Positions 1 through 9,339 of a stretch of 64,000 bases of DNA are shown here, piece after piece; within the stretch, counting starts at the first letter, position 1, and each line of letters opens with the position of its first letter. This DNA is from an uncultured Legionellales bacterium (GTDB lineage: Bacteria; Pseudomonadota; Gammaproteobacteria; Comchoanobacterales; Comchoanobacteraceae): assembly GCA_963932595.1 (NCBI GenBank), contig CAWVRI010000007.1:362-64361 (forward strand), written 5' to 3'. The notes beneath the pieces are model-generated. The model was not told the DNA's origin. It ran no database searches and was given only the letters and a program-made list of their open reading frames with translations. Both the position numbers and the translations under genes were made by a program.

Positions 1-129
1 CAAGTGAGAGTCAAAAGAAGATAGTTATTGGCAACAAAGGTGAGCCTATGAAAGCAGTAAAGTCTAGAGCATAAGCTTATGGAACGTGTGACATTAGAGC
101 CTATCTTTAATAGTTAAAGTGTAAACCTA

Positions 130-340
130 TACCAGGACGCAACCACCATAGGACCCGAAATAGCCTGGATACTGTGGTTAAACGACAGCACGTAGGGAAA
201 GCAGAGCACTATGGCTCCGATCGCAGGGCCTAGATAGCAAGAGCATTAGCACACCCTACCTGGCAATAAGTGCCACAGCACGCCTGGAAATAAGCGCAAC
301 AGCCCCACCTACACCCAACTGCTTGACAGTGGGATCCAGT
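130..340. repeat. GC-rich palindromic intergenic element, copy A (related to the element at 10361-10590)
   Basis: GC-rich island inside AT-rich intergenic DNA upstream of hemD. 171-196 'actgtggttaaacgacagcacgtagg' parallels 10403-10429 'actgtggtcaagccacaacacgtagg'. Hairpin 314-333 'cccaactg-cttga-cagtggg' parallels 10461-10481 'ccctattg-cttga-caataggg'. Confidence 0.6.
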
Positions 341-507
341 AAAGTATAAATTATAAGTATATTTTATATTCTTTAGCCTAAAAAAGAAGCTTAAGAACTA
401 AATATAACCTTTGGCAACCCTACTAGGGAGCAGAAAAACCAAAACCATGTCCTTTTCAAGGCTAGCAATGGATACTTTGGCGAGAGTTACGTCACTTAGG
501 GGAGATC

Positions 508-1230
508 ATGGCAAATATTTTAAACACCAGAGCAGCAGCACAAGCTAAAAACTTTTCTATAGTGCTAGAAAAAGCTGGTCATAATAGTATCCAGTGCCCT
601 GCGATGGAAATTATCCCCCAAAACCCAGCACAGTTAAAACTAATAACTGCCTCAAGGTTTGATACCGTGATATTCGTCAGCCAAAATGCTGCTACTTTAG
701 CTACCCCCTATATAAATGACAAATGGGCATCCTTTAATATTTTTGCAACGGGACCTTCAACTGCAGCAACTCTACCTATTTTTTTACAGGCAAAACACCC
801 CTTCACAGCATTTTCAACAGCAGGGCTGCTAGAAATGCCAGAGATGCAGCAAATTAAAAATAAAAAAATTGCCATTATTTGTGGCGCAAATAGCAAGCAA
901 GACCTAAGTCAAAGCTTATCAGATAGAGGAGCAGCAGTTACCCTACTGCCGATCTATGAGCGTATATTATGTACCAGCAGCATAACAAAAATTCAGCAAA
1001 TACCAAATATTGATATAATCACAAGCTTTAGCCTGGCTAGCTTAAGGCTCCTAAATGAAATTATAACTAAATCAAACACAAACTATTTAAAAAGCAAACC
1101 ACTAGTAGTGGTGACTAAAAAGATGGTAACACTTGCACTTGCACTTGGCTTTAGTGGCAAGGCATATTTAACCAAGGATGCAACAGTAGCAGCTATGTTA
1201 GACGCTACTCGGAAACTAGATAATAGTTAA
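508..1230 (+). CDS. hemD: uroporphyrinogen-III synthase
   Basis: 240-aa ORF of HemD size with a HemD-like N-terminus (NTRAxxQA...). It lies immediately upstream of hemX/hemY-like genes, the conserved hemDXY order. Confidence 0.75.
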   Translation: MANILNTRAAAQAKNFSIVLEKAGHNSIQCPAMEIIPQNPAQLKLITASRFDTVIFVSQNAATLATPYINDKWASFNIFATGPSTAATLPIFLQAKHPFTAFSTAGLLEMPEMQQIKNKKIAIICGANSKQDLSQSLSDRGAAVTLLPIYERILCTSSITKIQQIPNIDIITSFSLASLRLLNEIITKSNTNYLKSKPLVVVTKKMVTLALALGFSGKAYLTKDATVAAMLDATRKLDNS

Positions 1231-1241
1231 TGGAGTAAAGT

Positions 1242-2213
1242 ATGCCAGAGGCTAAACCTACAGCTAAGCAATTTAATTATTTAACACTTGTCATCGCTAC
1301 GCTAATAATTGCCTTGCTAGCAAGCCTTGTAACATTCACCCTCTATCAAAAAACCATAATATTGACAGCAAGAATCACCGACCAAAATTCTATGATAAGT
1401 AGCTTAACAAAACAAATATCTGCACAAGAAGCACAGCTGCAAAACTACAAAATAGATATAACCCAGCTACATACTGTAACTAAAAAGCTAGCTGGTAATA
1501 GGAATGAGGCCAGCTTTACAGTGCAAATGGCAATTTATGAGCTTGAACTGTTGCAGAATTATGCTAAAACAATAGAATATTTGAATTTAGCCCTACTGCA
1601 TAACAGCAACGTCGCTATAGAAAAGAAAATAACCACCGCAATTGCCGACCTAAAAGAAATATCACAATTTAATGTGATAACGAAGCTTGATGAGCTAGAT
1701 CAAATAAAAGCCAAGCTAGTGACTCCAGTTACACCCCCTGCTAAAATTACAAAAACTAAGTCAAAGCTAAACAATAATAAAGTTGTTAACTTTTTAAATA
1801 CTTTTGTCACGATCTCTTATACTGAATCTACAAACAAACCTCAATTATTTAGATCAAACCAACAGCATATGGTAGAGGCTACTATGCTCGCGCTCATAAA
1901 CCAAGCCAAATCTGCCCTAGCCAATAAGCATGATGGCTTACTTCATACCAGCATTACAAAGCTAAAACACATCTTGGCCACTCACTTTGACCCAAGCCCA
2001 CAAATTAAAGCTATTGCATCCGAACTTGCTGAATTAGACAAGCTTACATTAAATCCTAAAACCCCAGACTTACAAACAATTTTAAATGATCTTTATAGCA
2101 ACATGTCAAGTGATGCTGTGCACGCACCAGCTACAAAGAAATCACCTGAATCTGAGTCTATGCCAGCAGCAAAACACCAAACTAGTTCGCCCCATATAAC
2201 AGCAGAGTTTTAA
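1242..2213 (+). CDS. hemX: HemX-like membrane-anchored coiled-coil protein
   Basis: N-terminal TM segment (LTLVIATLIIALLASLVTFTL) followed by a Q/L-rich coiled coil. Positioned between hemD and hemY. Confidence 0.6.
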   Translation: MPEAKPTAKQFNYLTLVIATLIIALLASLVTFTLYQKTIILTARITDQNSMISSLTKQISAQEAQLQNYKIDITQLHTVTKKLAGNRNEASFTVQMAIYELELLQNYAKTIEYLNLALLHNSNVAIEKKITTAIADLKEISQFNVITKLDELDQIKAKLVTPVTPPAKITKTKSKLNNNKVVNFLNTFVTISYTESTNKPQLFRSNQQHMVEATMLALINQAKSALANKHDGLLHTSITKLKHILATHFDPSPQIKAIASELAELDKLTLNPKTPDLQTILNDLYSNMSSDAVHAPATKKSPESESMPAAKHQTSSPHITAEF

Positions 2214-2216
2214 TTT

Positions 2217-3356
2217 ATGAAAATAAAAATATTATGTTATCTATTATTATTAGTTATTGCTACTTGGCTAGGGTTACAGCTGTCACATCAGCCAGGTTAT
2301 ATTTTAATAAGTTATAGTAATATAAATATTGAAACTAGCCTTTGGTTTGGCATGCTTACGGTTATAGCGATATTCATTACGCTATATATTTTGCTCTCAG
2401 CGCTGCAAGCCCTTTGGCGCGTAACGGCTAACTGTGGCACCTGGCTGGGGACTACCTCAGAGCATAAAAAACTTGAACTCTTAATTGCTGCTATAACTGC
2501 TGCTAGCCATAAAGACTGGGCTGGATCTGAAAAAGCGCTGCATAAATATGCTACAAGCCATGATTTCATGGCTTATATTGCTATATGCTATGTAAATAGT
2601 AGACATGACCTTAAAGCAGGCATAGCTGAACTTGAAAAACTCTATTTAAAATATCCACAGCATCATAAATTTATACTCTTAATAAAAGCATATATTTATT
2701 TGAGTTATAATAAATATAACGATGCTATTTCCGCTACCCTAAGTCTAGACAAAAAAGAACGCAATACTGATTGTTTTAATTATATACTAATTAAATGCTA
2801 CTATAGCTTAGGATCTTATGCTGAGATAAAAGATTTATTACCTAGGTGCCAAAAATTATTATCTACAACAGAATATCATGAAATTTGTCTGCATTATTAT
2901 AAAGAACAACTTAAGAACAAAACAGCTAACCAAGTTATATCAAGCTGGGAAAAAATACCAAAACAACTCTGGCAAGAGCCAGAGTGTTTGCTAATCTATA
3001 TTGAAGCCCTATTACAGCATGGCGATAAAACTACCGCACAAAAATCATTACTTAAATATATTCCACATAGCTGGCATCCAGATCTACTGCATAAGTATAT
3101 TAAACTTACCCCCAAGGGTACCGCTATAACCCAGCTAACCTGCTGGCATGAGAAAAACACACAAGAGCCATCACTATTGCTATCGCTAGCAGAGCTGCAC
3201 CCAGAGCATCAAACTCTTGCAACCTCTTTTTATACAAAAGCTTTAGCCATAACTAATGATAATGACATTTTACTCGCAGCAATCAGCTATTATCTTGAAA
3301 CTAATAATATTAGTGAGGCTGCAAAACTACTTAAAACACTCTCTAACAACAGCTAA
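2217..3356 (+). CDS. hemY: HemY-like TPR membrane protein
   Basis: Two N-terminal TM helices, then TPR-like helical repeats. Sits in the hemY position after hemD-hemX. Confidence 0.7.
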   Translation: MKIKILCYLLLLVIATWLGLQLSHQPGYILISYSNINIETSLWFGMLTVIAIFITLYILLSALQALWRVTANCGTWLGTTSEHKKLELLIAAITAASHKDWAGSEKALHKYATSHDFMAYIAICYVNSRHDLKAGIAELEKLYLKYPQHHKFILLIKAYIYLSYNKYNDAISATLSLDKKERNTDCFNYILIKCYYSLGSYAEIKDLLPRCQKLLSTTEYHEICLHYYKEQLKNKTANQVISSWEKIPKQLWQEPECLLIYIEALLQHGDKTTAQKSLLKYIPHSWHPDLLHKYIKLTPKGTAITQLTCWHEKNTQEPSLLLSLAELHPEHQTLATSFYTKALAITNDNDILLAAISYYLETNNISEAAKLLKTLSNNS

Positions 3357-3471
3357 AACCCAAATTATCGCGTAAAAATAACGCCTTTTTATGCTTTTAG
3401 CGTTAAAAAAAACCATTTGATAATATATCCCCTATAATAACCTTATATTATTATTAATGCTGGAGAATAAA

Positions 3472-3996
3472 ATGAAAGCCTTCCAAAAACTAACATTACT
3501 AGGGCTACTTGGAACTTTTGCTTTTGGCCAAACTACTCTTACTGGCTCTATTGATCCTGTACATAATCTTAGCGTGACTTTTCAGTCATCCTCTGTTACT
3601 AGCGGTACTACACTCGTCGATCCCACATTCAGTATAACTGTCGAAAATAACTATGTAGATGGATATATGGTCCAAGTTAAATCTTTGAATCTTAGTAAAT
3701 TAATAAATACATCTTCTGTGGCTAATATAGCCTTAGATGGGAATAACATCACATATACTATAGCTTGTGACGACCTTAAATCAAATGGTGTTACTTATGC
3801 CACAGGAGTTGATGATTTAACCCTAACTGCTAATGCTTTTTATTCTCTACTAACACCCAATCTTAACGCCCCAACACCTGCAGCGTCAACAACATGTACT
3901 ATTGATATTGATGATACTGAAACCTATAGTGAATTATACTCTGGATCTTACGAAGATACTCTTACTATTCAGATGAGTAGTATAACAAACTCATAA
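3472..3996 (+). CDS. secreted fimbrial subunit paralog 1 (Csu/SCPU- or CS1-like)
   Basis: The ORF in the track starts at 3457. The likely start is ATG 3472 (MKAFQKL), preceded by GGAGA. Has a signal peptide, an 'NNyvdGY' motif, a Cys pair (IACDD...TTCTID) and a C-terminal 'GSYEDTLTIQM' motif resembling the G-x-Y-x-D-T-h-x-h terminus of Csu/SCPU pilins. Confidence 0.6.
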   Translation: MKAFQKLTLLGLLGTFAFGQTTLTGSIDPVHNLSVTFQSSSVTSGTTLVDPTFSITVENNYVDGYMVQVKSLNLSKLINTSSVANIALDGNNITYTIACDDLKSNGVTYATGVDDLTLTANAFYSLLTPNLNAPTPAASTTCTIDIDDTETYSELYSGSYEDTLTIQMSSITNS

Positions 3997-4021
3997 CTTT
4001 TTTAAACAACCGGAGACTCTT

Positions 4022-4543
4022 ATGAGAATTCAAACCAAACTAACCGTGCTATTATTAACCTTGCCATTAGCTTATGCTACTGCTACAGATAGTCAGGCTC
4101 TAACTGGTACTGTTGCTGCAATAAATACAATTTCAACTAGTGTTGGAGCCACTGGAACTATTTTTGCTAATGGATCTGATCAGAGCGAGACGATCACAAT
4201 AACAGTAAGTAATAATGATCCTGATGGCTATGAACTAGAGGCTCATTCAACTCATGGCGGTGATCTTAGGCACGAGAATAATATTAATAGTACTGATGAA
4301 AAGTACAACGTGTCATACGTCCTAAATTGTGCGGATAATGCAAGTGCAGGAACTAGCGAAGGTGATGATTTAAGTCCTGGCGTTATTAATAGTAAAACAC
4401 AAATTTGGACTCACAATGGTACTAGCCCAGTTACCTCTGAAGCTATAGTATGTACATTTGCATTAGCTAGTGATGAAGCCTTGACTGATCACTTTCCTGG
4501 TCGTTATGAGGACGCTATTACTATAACAATAACTAACCTATAA
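4022..4543 (+). CDS. secreted fimbrial subunit paralog 2
   Basis: Signal peptide, 'SNNDPDGY', Cys pair (LNCAD...IVCTF), C-terminal 'GRYEDAITITITNL'. Confidence 0.6.
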   Translation: MRIQTKLTVLLLTLPLAYATATDSQALTGTVAAINTISTSVGATGTIFANGSDQSETITITVSNNDPDGYELEAHSTHGGDLRHENNINSTDEKYNVSYVLNCADNASAGTSEGDDLSPGVINSKTQIWTHNGTSPVTSEAIVCTFALASDEALTDHFPGRYEDAITITITNL

Positions 4544-4593
4544 CAATAACTAACATGGAATAATTTGGTTTTCCATATTGCAATTTATAAAAA

Positions 4594-4623
4594 ACACCTG
4601 CAAGTTTGTAGGTGTTTTTTTTT
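4594..4623 (+). terminator. rho-independent terminator between subunit genes 2 and 3
   Basis: 9-bp stem acacctgca/tgtaggtgt (one G-U pair) with a 4-nt loop, followed by a run of about 9 T and preceded by an A-run. It could act in both directions. Confidence 0.8.
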
Positions 4624-4722
4624 GCTAATTTTACTGTGTAAAAAAATATTACTGACAAACAAAAGTATTATGGCTATAATAATTATGATAAATGTTATTT
4701 TGACTAAAGGACTTAGCTATAT

Positions 4723-5238
4723 ATGAATGTTTATAAATTTGTAATTTTATGGTTGGTAACTATACCTATAATATTTTCGGCAACATTTTTAAATGTGCCA
4801 GAAATAAATACGATAGAGACTCAACTCATCGAGCCATACGATATATTTGGTCAAGAAGCTTTCTTCAAAATAAAGTTCAGCAATAATGCAGTGTCTGGAT
4901 ATACCATAAATGTTAAATCTGCCAATGGCAGCCAATTTAACTTAAATGGTTCAAATGCATGTGTTAATGCAAATATAGATGCGTGTATATTAGACTATAA
5001 ATTCCATTGCAGTAGCTTTACCTTAACGCAAAATGGACCCGACACTATAATGTCAGAAGGTGAAAAAACACTACTTTCATCTGGGTCAGGTACAGCTATG
5101 ATAAATGTTAGTAACCCTAACACTGCAACAGAAGATGCAGAGACAAGATGCTCATTTAAACTAGATAATGAAAGCAAATCAGAGCTATTCAAAGGCACTT
5201 ATAGTGATACTATAACAGTAGAAATAAGCTCGTTATAA
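4723..5238 (+). CDS. secreted fimbrial subunit paralog 3
   Basis: Signal/TM N-terminus, 'SNNAVSGY', Cys pair (FHCSS...TRCSF), C-terminal 'GTYSDTITVEISSL'. Confidence 0.55.
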   Translation: MNVYKFVILWLVTIPIIFSATFLNVPEINTIETQLIEPYDIFGQEAFFKIKFSNNAVSGYTINVKSANGSQFNLNGSNACVNANIDACILDYKFHCSSFTLTQNGPDTIMSEGEKTLLSSGSGTAMINVSNPNTATEDAETRCSFKLDNESKSELFKGTYSDTITVEISSL

Positions 5239-5272
5239 TTTATATTATTTTTTATTTATAAAGGGATAATGC

Positions 5273-5797
5273 ATGAAAAAAAATATTATTTGGATACTAT
5301 TGTTACCAATAATCCTTATCGCAGCTAACAAAGATAATGATAAAAAAATTGAAAAATTAACGCAAGAAACGTTTAATATTAAATCTAACCTTAGTCAAAA
5401 TAATCATATCACTATTAGTGGTAACGATATTGTTAAAATTACTATTAACAATAATATTGAAAATGGCTACAAAATATATGCTAAGGCAACCAATAGTAAA
5501 TTAACTAATGGTACTAATGCACAGGCTATTAATTATAGCTTAACTTGCAAAGCATTCACTACAAACAACCATAAAAAAGGTATCATCATACCGGAATCAA
5601 CAAGAATACAATTAATAGCTAACAACAAACAATTAATATATACTGTTGGGAAACAAGAAAGTCCTACTGTCATGGCTAAAACAACTTGTGACCTAATACC
5701 AAACCCAAACCAAAATCTAAATGCACTATTTTCAGGTGTATATATTGATGACATAAGCTTCAGTATGGAGTCCGAAGGGGATAAAGTGATAAAATAG
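5273..5797 (+). CDS. secreted fimbrial subunit paralog 4 (most divergent)
   Basis: Signal peptide, 'NNNIENGY', Cys pair (LTCKA...TTCDL), C-terminal 'GVYIDDISFSM' followed by a short extension. Confidence 0.5.
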   Translation: MKKNIIWILLLPIILIAANKDNDKKIEKLTQETFNIKSNLSQNNHITISGNDIVKITINNNIENGYKIYAKATNSKLTNGTNAQAINYSLTCKAFTTNNHKKGIIIPESTRIQLIANNKQLIYTVGKQESPTVMAKTTCDLIPNPNQNLNALFSGVYIDDISFSMESEGDKVIK

Positions 5798-6098
5798 TAT
5801 TACTATCTAAGCGGCCTAAATACTAAGTTTTATATGCTAGCAAACACAACTAATTTTATATGGAAAAACATAGTTAAATAAAGACTTATGGTATTAGATG
5901 GCGTGAAGATAAAAACATAAATATACTACTTTCATAAATATTCGTATTCTTATTCTAAGTTCTAATAGGATCAACAGTTATTTCCTATGGAAGAAAACTA
6001 TGTATTGCTTTTAGGCTTAAATTATATTACATTATAATTCAAATTTATGGATGATAAATAGCGCCACAATAAAGCGCATTCTAACAAGGAAACTAGTT

Positions 6099-6839
6099 AT
6101 GCTAAACAAACATATTGTAAAAGCCATATTATTATTATCAGCATTTAGCACATCTTACGCCCTTATAAAAATAAGCCCCACACTCATGACCTTAAATGAC
6201 CAGAATAATAATAGAATTATTACGGTTACTAACCCTAATAACTATAAATCTTATATAAGTATGGAAGTAGAGGCATTTTCATGTAAAAACAAAGATTTTT
6301 CTTGTAAACCTGAAGAACATATTCCATATAAAAACATAAAAGATAAGATTATTTTTTCAGCGCCAAAATTTATTTTGGGTCCAAAACAAAGTAAAAAATT
6401 ATATATTAGCTGGCATGGCTCTTTCCCAGAGCAGCCACTCCAAATAGTTTACCACGCATCAGACCACTCAGAAAACGCTATAGTAAAAACAAGTGATAAA
6501 ACACCTGGCAATAAAAATATTTCTGTAAATCTTTCAATAAGAACCGTAGAATTGTCCCATATTATGTTGTTCGGGGTTGGAACTCAAGAAAGCTTGCCCA
6601 TAATATATAGTGAAGGAGATAATTTAACTATACAAAACACTGGTAGCTCTTTATTACTAGTTAAGTTGTCACAAAGATCATGTCCAACAGACAGCAAAAA
6701 ATGTATAAAAAGTGCACGGGTTAGAACAGTGCAACCTCATAGTGTGCAAAAATATAAATTTGATTCGAAACATGATGTATTAATAAGATACTTCTATAAC
6801 AACTCTTGGCAACTTAAAAACATCAACTACACAACATAA
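6099..6839 (+). CDS. periplasmic pilus chaperone (PapD/CsuC-like)
   Basis: The ORF in the track starts at 6051. The likely start is ATG 6099 (MLNKHIV), preceded by AGGAAA. Has a signal peptide, then 'IKISPTLMTL...RIITVTNPNN' and 'FSAPKFILGPKQSKKLYISW', which are typical chaperone beta-strand motifs. It lies directly upstream of the usher. Confidence 0.6.
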   Translation: MLNKHIVKAILLLSAFSTSYALIKISPTLMTLNDQNNNRIITVTNPNNYKSYISMEVEAFSCKNKDFSCKPEEHIPYKNIKDKIIFSAPKFILGPKQSKKLYISWHGSFPEQPLQIVYHASDHSENAIVKTSDKTPGNKNISVNLSIRTVELSHIMLFGVGTQESLPIIYSEGDNLTIQNTGSSLLLVKLSQRSCPTDSKKCIKSARVRTVQPHSVQKYKFDSKHDVLIRYFYNNSWQLKNINYTT

Positions 6840-6848
6840 TATTTTTGC

Positions 6849-9242
6849 ATGAAGTATATAAAAACATTAATAGCTATAGTATTATTGCCGCTGTCTTTAG
6901 CTAAACAACCGCCCCATATAATGGGGCAAACTAAATTATCGATACCTGCAGTTGATTCAACCCCAAAGAACGTCAAAGTAAAAGAAAGCACTAATACAAG
7001 TAATGTTCCAGCTGGATTTGAAGATCTTGATAATAGCTATGATGGCAAAGTCACATTATTAGATAACTATAATGACATCGGCGATGAGAATATTCATTAT
7101 AATGACACTGAAGATAGCATAACTTTATCAAAACAAGCCCAACAAAAAATAATAGAATACTACAAGAACAAACTAACAAAACAAGGCCAAATATATTTGC
7201 CAAATGTACTCAAGCATAAAATCCCAGCTAATGCGACGTTGAATAAGTTTTATGAAGCACAAGATGACAATAAAATAACCTGTTATTTCAACTACAATAA
7301 ATTAAATTTATATATATTAGTACCTAATAAATACTTAAAAGATAATGTCATTCAATATAAGCATAATTTATATAACCCTAACCCAAATTTTCTTACACCT
7401 GCTCTCAAAAGCTCACTTTATGCTTATTATGACCACTACTCTGATTATAATGCCATCAAATGGCAAGCAAATGGCAGCACATCATCTGGCCGCAATAGCT
7501 TTATATATGATATAAATAACACCATCACAGACCATGTAAATGACCTATATTTAGAATATCATGGCAAAAAATATACTTATGATTTGGGATATAAAGAACC
7601 ATCCCTTACTTCTGTAGTAAATCCGTATGGTAATGTTTGGGGGGTGTTTATTACAGAAAATACCAAGCTTATCAATAATAAGTTTTATTCTTCTTATAAA
7701 GCACCACTCAATATCACCTTAACTAAACCATATTATGTAGAAATCAAATACCGTGGCAGAGTATTATATAGGGGCACCTTGCTCCAAGGCGATAATGTTA
7801 TTGATACCAATAACTTTCCACAAGGTACATATAATATAACTATTAGCAAAAGAGACCTTGTAACTAATCAGATAGAAGAAACTAGCAAATTTTTTTCAAA
7901 TCAGGGTAGTAGATATAACTGGCTATACTCAGGGGTAGAAATTATAGCTGGACTAGAATCTAATTATTTTAAATCAGCATTTAAAGACAAACAATTATAT
8001 TTCCACGCAAAAAAAGGGTACACTTTATTTAATGGTGAGTCCGATATATTTTATACATTTGCGAATGATACTAGCTATATTGGTGCTGAGTATGACTATA
8101 TATCTAACAAAAATTTTGACTGCACTATATCAGCTTCTATTAGCCAAAAAGCAAACATATATTCTTCTATACTATCTAATTATACTAATGGTAAGTCACA
8201 GTACTCTGCTAATTTATATAATGGATTTACAGATGATTTTAGTAGCAGTGCAAGCAAATATGCTAGAATACAATATAACTACAATGAAAAAGACTGGCAG
8301 TTTAGTGCTTATGGTAACTATGATTTTGATAGTACTCGGATATTGTCCTCTACCCTATATAAAAGCTTGACACTAAATGGCGTTCCTACCAGAGCTTATG
8401 CGACATTAGAATACAATAATAGCTCGTTTAATTATTTGCTTGGACTCTCTATAAACTTTAATTTCGCTAAAAATGTCACATCAAGTACTAGCTTAAGCCA
8501 TTCATCGTCATATAATAAATATAGTGTTAATAACACTACATCTTATCACAATGATACAAATGACCTGAAATTATCTAATACTATATATTTAGGCGCAAAT
8601 AGCAGTAATTATAACCTAACAAATGGCACATACACTACAGATATAGCAGAGTATCAAGCTGACCTTAATGTTAATAATGGCACTTATAGCACTGGGATTA
8701 ATACTGCCTCTGTTAGTATGCGTACCAACCTTTATTTAACACCTAGCGCATATTTATTCTCAACAACCAATACAAATGCAGCTTATCTAGTTAAAACACC
8801 CACCATAACAGATAATTCCCTCATAAAATTTGTTATTAATGATAAGCAGGTGAAACAAGGTGAAACCATGCTTATTTCTAGTACTGAATTTGGTTATAAC
8901 AAACTAGAGATAGTGCCGGAAACTGTGCAATATAAACTACAAAAAGAGCAGTGGGATGAGTTCTTTTATTCAGGTAATATCTACACCCCTAAAACTACAA
9001 TACATAAAACCTGCTTAGCATCATTTTATGCGGACATACCTGCATCTTATAATTATACCTTTGTAGGAATGGAAAATGAGTTTTATGGACGTGGGCAACA
9101 AAGAACCATATCACATATTACAGATGGTACTAAGCTTACTTACGTATATTTAAACGCAAATAATAAACAGTGTGAAACTAATGTAGTTGTTAATTGTAAT
9201 AAGTCTCATATAGATTTAGGCAAAGTAAGGTGTAAAAAATAA
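6849..9242 (+). CDS. outer-membrane fimbrial usher-like protein
   Basis: 797 aa with a signal peptide. Composition is N/Y/S/T-rich and beta-barrel-like, and the C-terminal domain is Cys-containing. Size and position after the chaperone fit an usher. Confidence 0.6.
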   Translation: MKYIKTLIAIVLLPLSLAKQPPHIMGQTKLSIPAVDSTPKNVKVKESTNTSNVPAGFEDLDNSYDGKVTLLDNYNDIGDENIHYNDTEDSITLSKQAQQKIIEYYKNKLTKQGQIYLPNVLKHKIPANATLNKFYEAQDDNKITCYFNYNKLNLYILVPNKYLKDNVIQYKHNLYNPNPNFLTPALKSSLYAYYDHYSDYNAIKWQANGSTSSGRNSFIYDINNTITDHVNDLYLEYHGKKYTYDLGYKEPSLTSVVNPYGNVWGVFITENTKLINNKFYSSYKAPLNITLTKPYYVEIKYRGRVLYRGTLLQGDNVIDTNNFPQGTYNITISKRDLVTNQIEETSKFFSNQGSRYNWLYSGVEIIAGLESNYFKSAFKDKQLYFHAKKGYTLFNGESDIFYTFANDTSYIGAEYDYISNKNFDCTISASISQKANIYSSILSNYTNGKSQYSANLYNGFTDDFSSSASKYARIQYNYNEKDWQFSAYGNYDFDSTRILSSTLYKSLTLNGVPTRAYATLEYNNSSFNYLLGLSINFNFAKNVTSSTSLSHSSSYNKYSVNNTTSYHNDTNDLKLSNTIYLGANSSNYNLTNGTYTTDIAEYQADLNVNNGTYSTGINTASVSMRTNLYLTPSAYLFSTTNTNAAYLVKTPTITDNSLIKFVINDKQVKQGETMLISSTEFGYNKLEIVPETVQYKLQKEQWDEFFYSGNIYTPKTTIHKTCLASFYADIPASYNYTFVGMENEFYGRGQQRTISHITDGTKLTYVYLNANNKQCETNVVVNCNKSHIDLGKVRCKK

Positions 9243-9339
9243 AGATGGTACCTATATAGGATAGCTAATTATTAGTAGCAAAACCTAAGTTTTTATGATA
9301 TAATCCTTCTTATTATCAAATATTTAGGCGACTTAAGTC

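Noticed and set aside
48-63. 16-nt identity 'atgaaagcagtaaagt' shared with 21055-21070
   Set aside because: About one chance 16-mer match is expected in 64 kb on both strands, and more in AT-rich DNA. The flanks do not align.
130-340. Possible RNase P RNA, SRP RNA or cobalamin riboswitch upstream of hemD
   Set aside because: Short resemblances exist (gggaaagc, gtgccacag, gcctagat). However, they occur in the wrong order for RNase P and the P4 strands (GAGGAAAGUCC / ACAGAAcCCGGCUUA) are absent. In addition, a related copy lies between two gene 3' ends at 10361-10590, which argues for a dispersed repeat rather than a unique RNA gene or riboswitch.
8032-8370. 112-aa alternative-frame ORF inside the usher gene
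   Set aside because: It is on the same strand but in a different frame, inside a long and coherent 797-aa ORF. Its hydrophobic, low-complexity content is typical of off-frame AT-rich translation.
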